A stretch of 64,000 nt of DNA from a virus. Taxonomy: Duplodnaviria > Caudoviricetes. Of the stretch, positions 56,868 through 64,000 are shown in pieces (the stretch's first letter is position 1; each line of letters opens with the position of its first letter). A program made the position numbers and the translations under genes. The notes beneath the pieces were generated by a model, which worked only from the letters and a program-made list of their open reading frames with translations, was not told the origin of the DNA and did no database searches. The stretch covers positions 1 to 64,000 of IMG/VR virus record IMGVR_UViG_3300047576_000028. One strand, written 5' to 3'.

Positions 56868-57368
56868 ATGAAACTGACCGAATGGCTCACTAATAACGGC
56901 TACGCATACTCAGCATATCCACTCGACGACACCTTGATCCAGCTGGACGGAGATTGGATCTCCCCGCATCAGTATGAAGTATTTGTCTCCGACGCGGACA
57001 TCGAGGCCGCCCCCAACGCCGACCCCGAGGTGTCCGGCGCGTATAAGATCACTGATAGCCAGCATGGCACGTATCGCCTAGAGGAGTTTGCGGGAAACGG
57101 GGCCAATGGCATGATCGCCGATTGGCAGGAGTGGGTAGAGTCCCACGATTTGTCGCGCCTGTCCTACGCCCAGGCCGTTGCGCTGGTCGGGGCGGAGACC
57201 GTCAAGGCCGTCGCTGACGAGCAGTGCGATTACAGCGGGCGGCTCATGTCGGACAACTCGGAGCGAGTAGAGTTTACGGCGTCGGTGCCATGCCTGGATG
57301 GCCCGACGAGCCGAAGCCGTCCGCTCCCCCAGCGATACAGGGGCACGAGGAGGAAACGAAAATTATGA
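56868..57368 (+). CDS. Hypothetical protein; C-terminus runs through a leader repeat
   Basis: GGAGG RBS. Confidence 0.6.
   Translation: MKLTEWLTNNGYAYSAYPLDDTLIQLDGDWISPHQYEVFVSDADIEAAPNADPEVSGAYKITDSQHGTYRLEEFAGNGANGMIADWQEWVESHDLSRLSYAQAVALVGAETVKAVADEQCDYSGRLMSDNSERVEFTASVPCLDGPTSRSRPLPQRYRGTRRKRKL
57299..57362 (+). repeat. Gene-leader repeat, copy 1 (copy 2 at 58234-58299)
   Basis: TGGCCCGAC.AGCCGA..GTCCGCT.CCCCCAGCGA..GGGG.ACGAGGAGGAAACGAAA then ATG. Confidence 0.85.
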
Positions 57369-57706
57369 AATACGAATTGATTGGAACGCCCCGCCGCATC
57401 GAGTCGGACAGCGATGAGCATGAAACAGTAATGGTGATCGACCTGCGCCGCGAAGACGGCGCAACGGGAGATGTCTGGATAGCGGCCGGCGTCCCGGACT
57501 ACCTGCGCGGTGCGGCGCAGGCCGCTGGATCTCAGCACGGCTTGCTTGATGTGCGCGTGTTTGGCGATGCCGTAGATATGTGGTGCCCAGAGTCCTTTCA
57601 GATCGCCGATGAGGACGGGGGGTATAGTGGCGTAGCGGCTGATATTATCGCTGCCTGCGGAGATGCTGCGCTCACGGCTCACCGCGCAGCTATGGCTGAC
57701 CTATGA
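57365..57706 (+). CDS. Hypothetical protein
   Basis: ATG follows the GAGGAGG inside the repeat. Confidence 0.65.
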   Translation: MKYELIGTPRRIESDSDEHETVMVIDLRREDGATGDVWIAAGVPDYLRGAAQAAGSQHGLLDVRVFGDAVDMWCPESFQIADEDGGYSGVAADIIAACGDAALTAHRAAMADL

Positions 57707-57981
57707 GCTGCCCGCACTGCGGCCTGGCCCTGACGGGCCAGGAAATCCGGGACCTATATACTGCGCGCGCACCGTTCGCGGAAACCGACCTGACAGGCCA
57801 GCGCATAAACTCCTGGACCGTTTTGCGCCGCTTGGGGAAGACTCCCGCCGGCCATCAGCTATGGCTATGTCGCTGCGATTGCGGCGCGGAGCGTACCATC
57901 AGTACTAATAAGCTCACGCGCACAGACGGCCATCAAAGCCGCCGATGCCGGGAATGCTGGAGAACTGAAAAGGAGAAATAG
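57703..57981 (+). CDS. Small Cys-rich protein resembling the N-terminal domain of HNH/AP2 endonucleases
   Basis: DLTGQRINSWTVL...WLCRCDCG...C..C. Confidence 0.7.
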   Translation: MSCPHCGLALTGQEIRDLYTARAPFAETDLTGQRINSWTVLRRLGKTPAGHQLWLCRCDCGAERTISTNKLTRTDGHQSRRCRECWRTEKEK

Positions 57982-58233
57982 AAATGAAGAAGAATTACGC
58001 GCCCATCGCGCTCCCGGGACTCCTCGGTGGCTACGCTGCCGCCGCTATGTCGAGGGATGGCGGACTTACGCGGCATGATTCTTTGGCGGCAGCGCTCGCC
58101 GCCAGACCGCTGCTGCTGATTACGCAGCACGGGGTATATTACATGGAGTCGGTCGCGCATGGCCGCACACGGGGCCAAGCTGCGCGATTGCTGCGGAGTT
58201 CGCTTGCCTGACCCGGACTGGTAAGCTTTCGAT

Positions 58234-58299
58234 TGGCCCGACCAGCCGAGGAGGTCCGCTTCCCCCAGCGACTTTAAGGGGTACGAGGAGGAAACGAAA
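58234..58299 (+). repeat. Gene-leader repeat, copy 2
   Basis: Same motif as 57299-57362. Confidence 0.85.
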
Positions 58300-58611
58300 A
58301 TGAAGGATATACGGACTGCCGACTACGAGGTAATAGCGCGGCGGCGCGCAAGGCTAGCGGTCGGGTGGGGCTGGACCGGCGTCTACAGGGCGCCTTGCAT
58401 GGCAAAAGCAAAAACGGTGGTCGGCTACAAGGAGCAATTTGTCTTTATCCCACTGGGGTGCGCGGTGGGTGCCGCTGGGTCTACCAGCGAGCGCGCCGCC
58501 GCCCGCATTATAGGCCCTGGGCAAATTGCATTCGAGAATGCTTGCGTTGAGTCGGCCCGCAGTTTCGCGGCCACGGAGCCTCAGTCAACCTCACTTGGCT
58601 CCGGCCAATGA
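58300..58611 (+). CDS. Hypothetical protein
   Basis: ATG follows the RBS inside the repeat. Confidence 0.55.
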   Translation: MKDIRTADYEVIARRRARLAVGWGWTGVYRAPCMAKAKTVVGYKEQFVFIPLGCAVGAAGSTSERAAARIIGPGQIAFENACVESARSFAATEPQSTSLGSGQ

Positions 58612-59648
58612 GACAACCAGATCCAGTTCTGTTCCCGTCCGCGTCCAAAGTGGCGCTGGACGAGCACTACAGGCCCATTGAGCCATACATGCCCGGTTGA
58701 CTCCGCAAGGGGTTGACCGGGCTTTTGCTTTTGGAGGGATACAAAATGCTGATAACCGATAAAGATCTAAGCTCGGGGATACCGTTCCCCTGTCCGCGCG
58801 AAGTCCGCGAGTGGGCAGCGATGGCCGCGCATGTGGCACTGTGGCTTGCTCTGCTGTTCGCCTGCGGGGCGATAGTCTGGATTGCCATGTGGATACCGGA
58901 TTGAGGCGCACTAAGCCCGTGGGGCGTTCGGTCGCCTGGAGGCCCTGATAGCGCGCGCCGGCCGACGCGTGGCCGGCCAAAACACAGAGGCATGGTTAGG
59001 TTATGAGACTTACGCATGTAAAGCCTTAAGAATCAATGCTTCAGACACATAAAGTACTTTGGTACTACGATGAAAGGGCGAAAATGGCAGTACGGTATCA
59101 ATTTCCGGCTCGCTGCAAGCCATTGATTCTAAATGCGCGCTGCGTGCCACGAGAAGTCCGTTGTTTTCATTCATGTACGCCATGTGTTACAACGTTAAAA
59201 CGTCACAGGTAACATTTAACCGGAGGGGTACCGGAGGGGTTATTACAGGTCTCATGTACTGGTATTGGAGCGAAAAACGATTTCTGGATTTCGGTTTTTG
59301 TTCAGAACACCAAATTAGGAGGGTAGGGCCAGAGATGCTTCTCTACAAGCGCTTTGGGACTTATATACATAACTACCGTACACATTCTGAAGGCACAAGG
59401 CCCGCAGCACTGATCCCCAGCGCATCTAATGCTAACTGCTTGATATTGATTCCGGCGTTATGGTCCGGCCAGAGTCGATCTCTTCTTCAAGTCGCCTGAC
59501 GCGCCTGCCGATATCGGCGTCGGCCAACCACCACTTTGCCCACTACACTCCCAATTGGAGCAACAACCATTCCTCCGAGGCAGGTCAAAACTGCGAAGCC
59601 CGCCGATCCGAAGATGAATGTTAAAGGGTTTCTGGCGCACTACACTAA

Positions 59649-60536
59649 CTAGCCGATAGCGATTGCCGTGACTCCCGACTGTGCGTTGTACTGCGCCACG
59701 AGCTGCTGGACTTCGGTCAGGGTAATCGTCGGCTGCAAGTCCGTTCGGGCCACCATCCACGTCGTGGATTGAAATGGAGTGACTGGGGTCACCGACACGA
59801 ACCGCTCATTCGGCAGTAATGCGCGGATCGGGATTGCCAGCGTCACCGCGTTTGCGGGCGCGGCTGTAACCTGTTGATCTTGCACCCAGGACGGCAGCAT
59901 CGTAGGGGGGGTTCCGTAATTGGAAACCGCCATCCAATGTCCAGGTGCTCCGACGCCATCGGCATTCTGGATTACGATTAACGTCTCCGCGAAATCGATG
60001 ACGATGGAGCCGTAAGGCCCTGCCCCAGATATTGTGATGCCCCACATCCGCCGTGTCTCGGTCCCGTAGTTCACGCCGACCATGCCCTGGGGAGTGTTAT
60101 CGACTACGGTCAGGGTTGCGCCCGGATACAGCGGGGCGAGTGCGTTCGCTAGCGTCTGCGCATCGGCTTGCATGCAGAGCTCGCCAACGGGCACCGGGCC
60201 AAGAGGGCCGTATGGACCCTGCTGCTCTGCGACCGTAGGCACCGACACATAGGCGGGGTAGTTGTATGCGCCCGGCAAGTTGACGGCCCCCGCCGCCGGT
60301 GCCGGCACAGCCAACTCGACCGTGTAAGCGGGGGGCGCTGCCGCATCGAACATCAAGTACGGCTGGCCGCTAGGCGCCGGATCGGCCCACCCCTTGATTG
60401 GCAAAGCCGGATTGAACGGCGGAGCTTGGTTGCCTGTAGACGCCATATAAGCAGATCGGGAGGCATAATTCGTAAACAAGTACAGGTCGGAAATCGGATA
60501 CTGCAGCAAGTTGGGCTGCGGCGGTGTCGTTAACAT
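59649..60536 (-). CDS. Pro-rich hypothetical protein
   Basis: AAGGAGAG RBS; 295-aa ORF. Confidence 0.7.
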   Translation of the reverse strand: MLTTPPQPNLLQYPISDLYLFTNYASRSAYMASTGNQAPPFNPALPIKGWADPAPSGQPYLMFDAAAPPAYTVELAVPAPAAGAVNLPGAYNYPAYVSVPTVAEQQGPYGPLGPVPVGELCMQADAQTLANALAPLYPGATLTVVDNTPQGMVGVNYGTETRRMWGITISGAGPYGSIVIDFAETLIVIQNADGVGAPGHWMAVSNYGTPPTMLPSWVQDQQVTAAPANAVTLAIPIRALLPNERFVSVTPVTPFQSTTWMVARTDLQPTITLTEVQQLVAQYNAQSGVTAIAIG

Positions 60537-60619
60537 AAGAGTCTCTCCTTTTTGTTTGTTTTCTCAAGCGGGTTGCCAAGGTATCCGCGCCCCGCGGTGC
60601 CGGGGTGTTGCGGAATTGA

Positions 60620-61052
60620 GGAATTATATACCTGACTACCCCGGCTGAATCTACGCTGTTGCCTCTTGACGGCCCCCGCCGCCGGTGACTCCAAACAAAT
60701 AGACAAATCTCGCTTGTCCGTTGGTCTGTCCGGGGCTTGGATTCTGTAACGCTACTGCCCCTGTATCGGGGCCATTCACGAAAATCAGGCCGCGTTTCCC
60801 AGCCTCTGCGTTGATCACCTCCGTCAGTTCCTTGATTTTATGGTGCATGTTGCCTTTGTGCATGTTTTTCCTTTCCTCAAACCAGGGTAGTGGGTCTTAG
60901 CTTGACCCTCGTTTATCTTAAGGGAGTTGAATGTCGTTTGCTCATGGCTGTCTGTTCAACAGTTTCCAAAGGCCCCTACCGGGCCTGCCCTTCTGCCTTT
61001 ACGGCATTGGCTACAGCATATTAGGATTCGGGTAGTTTACGTATGTAATCCC
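60620..61052. mobile_element. Non-autonomous element bounded by IS1595-like imperfect inverted repeats
   Basis: GGAATTATATACCTGACTACCC versus reverse complement GGGATTACATACGTAAACTACCC. Confidence 0.5.
60886..61023 (+). repeat. Repeat shared with 54622-54727 and with 2249-2308 (59/60 identical)
   Basis: Direct sequence comparison. Confidence 0.92.
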
Positions 61053-61055
61053 CCA

Positions 61056-61385
61056 TCAGAACCCACGCCGGGTTAGCGCGCTATGACACGGGCTGCACAA
61101 CGATTGCAAATTCTTCTCGTCGAACCGCAGGTCTGGCCGCACTTTTAACTTTTCCTTGTGGTGAACTTCGGTCGCCGCTACGATCAAGCCTTTATCCTGA
61201 CAGATAGAGCACAGGGGATTCTTCCACAACCACGCCAGCCGGAACTTCCGCCACGCTCCGCCGTAACCACGCGCTGCCGTTTTCTCTCTCTGCGGTGCAT
61301 CCTTCCTGTGTGCTTCGCAATAACCAGATTCCACTAACTCAGGACAGAACGGGTAGGCGCACGGACGCTTTGGCCTTATTGCCAC
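61056..61385 (-). CDS. Packaging-associated HNH endonuclease (HK97 gp74-like)
   Basis: PKRPCAYPFC, RGYGGAW, LCSIC, ATEVHH, NLQSLCSPCHS. Confidence 0.92.
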   Translation of the reverse strand: MAIRPKRPCAYPFCPELVESGYCEAHRKDAPQREKTAARGYGGAWRKFRLAWLWKNPLCSICQDKGLIVAATEVHHKEKLKVRPDLRFDEKNLQSLCSPCHSALTRRGF

Positions 61386-61424
61386 GTATCGGTTGGTACG
61401 GGGATCGGCATTGTTGTTGCTCCT

Positions 61425-63527
61425 TTAATTAACTATAAAATAGCTCACACACAACGGGTTCGTGGCGATTGTCCCATTGTACGTGACGGTGAAGCTCGTG
61501 GCCGCGGTACGCGCAGTAACGGCCATTCCACCTACCAGAGTCGCGAGTGTGCTGTTGCAGGTCACGCCGAGTTTGGTTCCGAGCGAATCGTCCGAGAGTA
61601 AGAAAATCTGGCTGTTGGCGGTGACTGCGGTAGTGTTGACGGTTAGCGTCACATTAGTGACGCCGGTGGGGATGGCAACGCTTCCAGCAGCAGCGCGGAC
61701 ACAGATGGCTGGAGACGCACTGCTGGAGCAGTTGGTATTTGTATTGTATGTCCCAGCGTTCATCGCACCCCCCCCCGAGCCGTCGATCATCAGACTACCT
61801 GTACCCGTGTTCGCGTTGCTCATATGTGTGTTGCCAGAACCGTCTTGATAGATTATCCCTGTAGTACCGCCAGGGTTAAACATTTGTAAACCGTAGCTGC
61901 TAAAACTAGCAAAGACTGTCGATGCATCCTTTGATTCAAACACCGTTGCATCGGCGTTCAAATAGTTGGACAGATTACTTAGACCCGTAATCGCGCCACT
62001 AGTCACCGACCATGTAGCTACGTAGCCGGACGGACGATACTGGAACCCGGATATGGATGTTGGGTTAGAAACTTCGTTGTAACACTCAGTCTGACCGTTG
62101 TTGTTAGTGGTGCTATATACAGCTTCACAATTCATCAACAGCAAGCGGGGCATAGTCGACAGTTCGCCGCTAGCGTTGCTTCCCAATCCGACGCCGCAGT
62201 CGTCGACCCATCCGCCATCATACACACAATTGGCAAACAGAGACAAAGGGCCATTCTTTGGATCGACCGGCTGCAATAACAGCATCTCCCCAATTCCACC
62301 AGCGGCTATGATCGGTCCTTGGTGTATGACCGCACCTGGGGCTAAATTAGTACTATATAAACCCTTGCTGAGATCCGAGGTAGGCGCGAGAGTTCCAGGA
62401 TAGGCCACGTTCCCCTGCACATTCAGCGCCGCCCCGCAGGCCACATTGGCTTCCCACCCCAACGTCGTCAGATTCCCGCCCGCCGTCACGAGATAGATAT
62501 CCGCCGTGGTACCCGATGGCGCGGACGCGCACGCTGGGGCTGTCACGATATCGTAGTTCGTGCCGTTGACCGTCGCGGCACTCGTCGTCGTGGTGGCCGT
62601 TGTACTGCATGCGGAGTTCGGCCCGTTCACGTTGACGAGACGCAGCGCCGCGCAATACCCGTGCGTGGTGCTGCCCGCCGTGCCGTGTGTGGAGAGCGTG
62701 GGCGCGGTTGGCGCGGCGGTGGACGTGACGTACTGGAAGTTGGAGGCGTCGGGCGTCTGCGAACCTTGCGAACCGCTGCCGGTCATCACAGCGCCGCTGC
62801 CAAGAGAAGCCGCGCTTGTCACTACGGTCGCTGGCAAATCCCCGACAACCAGAGGGCATGGCGCGAAAGATGTAGCCGAACCGCACGTGCCGATGACTTG
62901 ATGCGAAGTCTGGCCGACAGTGGCGCTGAGAACGAGCGACGGCGTCGTGGTGGTGCTGCCGAAGTTGCACGTCAGCCACGATGCGCCGAAGCTGCCGCAG
63001 GTCACGCTGGTAACCGTACCTCCGCCTGAGGCGGCTGGAGGCGTCTGCAATTCCCAATTCGTGCCGTCGTAGATGAGCAGGTACTGCGCGTTCGCCCGAA
63101 TGTCGTTTACGGCGATGGCGGATTGGTTACCAGCTTGCCGGATCGGCGATGCGCCCTGCCCATCGACGTTCAGCGTTTGATTCGCGCCGGATGCATGCGT
63201 GGACGTGAATAATATGGGATATGGCACTTGACCCGTGAAACCGCCCGCGCCGGTCAAGCAGGCCCAATTGATGCTGGCTGTACTCGCGCACGCCTGCGCC
63301 GCTGCTACCACGCCGCCGTCGATAGACATGATTGCGCTGGTGGCCGATCCCGGCCCCGTCGCCGTCACGTCGCCGGTGAGCGCGGTGATACCGGAGCCGC
63401 CCCCGGAAGATGGCGGAAAGGTTTGACCTTGAGCGCGTGCGCCGTCGTACCCCAGCACTCCGACTACGGATGAGCACATCAGGCACCAGAAGAATTGGCG
63501 CAGCAGAAACAGTAGAATTCTACGCAT
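61425..63527 (-). CDS. 700-aa secreted Gly/Thr-rich fibre-like protein
   Basis: N-terminal signal; ITALTGDVTA, LIYDGTNW, GGGTVTSV, TTAVTANSQIFL motifs. Confidence 0.7.
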   Translation of the reverse strand: MRRILLFLLRQFFWCLMCSSVVGVLGYDGARAQGQTFPPSSGGGSGITALTGDVTATGPGSATSAIMSIDGGVVAAAQACASTASINWACLTGAGGFTGQVPYPILFTSTHASGANQTLNVDGQGASPIRQAGNQSAIAVNDIRANAQYLLIYDGTNWELQTPPAASGGGTVTSVTCGSFGASWLTCNFGSTTTTPSLVLSATVGQTSHQVIGTCGSATSFAPCPLVVGDLPATVVTSAASLGSGAVMTGSGSQGSQTPDASNFQYVTSTAAPTAPTLSTHGTAGSTTHGYCAALRLVNVNGPNSACSTTATTTTSAATVNGTNYDIVTAPACASAPSGTTADIYLVTAGGNLTTLGWEANVACGAALNVQGNVAYPGTLAPTSDLSKGLYSTNLAPGAVIHQGPIIAAGGIGEMLLLQPVDPKNGPLSLFANCVYDGGWVDDCGVGLGSNASGELSTMPRLLLMNCEAVYSTTNNNGQTECYNEVSNPTSISGFQYRPSGYVATWSVTSGAITGLSNLSNYLNADATVFESKDASTVFASFSSYGLQMFNPGGTTGIIYQDGSGNTHMSNANTGTGSLMIDGSGGGAMNAGTYNTNTNCSSSASPAICVRAAAGSVAIPTGVTNVTLTVNTTAVTANSQIFLLSDDSLGTKLGVTCNSTLATLVGGMAVTARTAATSFTVTYNGTIATNPLCVSYFIVN

Positions 63528-64000
63528 GGATTATGCCTGATTACAACGCGACTACTGGTAGGATGCGAACCTGTCCTGCGAAACATCCTGAAGTGTTTGT
63601 AAACTCATGATAACACGGCAGAACCGGTACACACGTCCTATTCACGACCCCACGCCGCAATACCTGGCAACCGCTCACCGTTGCTCAACATCGAAGGTTG
63701 CGGGTACGTGAGAAAACCTTCCAATCCTTCGCCATGGCCGAGGTTGCGGTAGCCAGCGCCACCCGTATCCGGCCATGCTGGAAGCATAGCCAGCCGGTCA
63801 GCTAGGCTTGGGCCGTGATGCAGGGAAATACCAGCTTGCGCCGGGCGCGCAGCGCGATGAAAGCAGAACACGATCTGCCCATGCGAGTGGCGTCCCCAAT
63901 TGACAACGCGAAATTCGCCTGCTCCTTTAGCGTAGAGCGCGTCTACGCGCTTCTTTTTCATCCAGGATTCGACGCCATCGGCGTCAAGAATGCGTACTGT

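Overview
The window is mostly the packaging, head, tail, fibre and lysis arm of a long-tailed HK97/lambda-like phage or prophage, encoded on the minus strand. Gene order is HNH, TerS, split TerL, portal, bacterioferritin-like protein, prohead protease, major capsid, head-tail genes, tail tube, chaperones, tape measure, tail tip, giant fibre-like proteins, holin-like proteins and an M15 endolysin. An Acidobacteriota host is my inference from protein style and IS types. No integrase or complete replication module is visible. Bases 1-25 are a SMART library adapter. The genome is heavily colonised by IS remnants. (1) About nine IS200/IS605-type mini-elements or TnpB omega-RNA-like scaffolds lack any tnpA/tnpB; several sit exactly at ATGA/GTGA stop-start junctions and rebuild the upstream stop codon. 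(2) An IS1595 transposase is followed by an 8/4 allo-tRNA-like gene (anticodon UAU) and a ~390-nt structured ncRNA candidate with a sigma70 promoter. (3) An IS1-like element carries two tandem proteasome-beta/Ntn-like genes. Other notable points: a metal-binding head module (degenerate bacterioferritin plus a protease fused to Cys-rich and Csp-like domains), three glycosyltransferases among virion genes, signal-peptide-bearing giant proteins, a stand-alone ubiquitin-like ORF, two repeated leader motifs, and several short segments copied from elsewhere in the genome. All family calls come from reading motifs by eye; no database searches were run.
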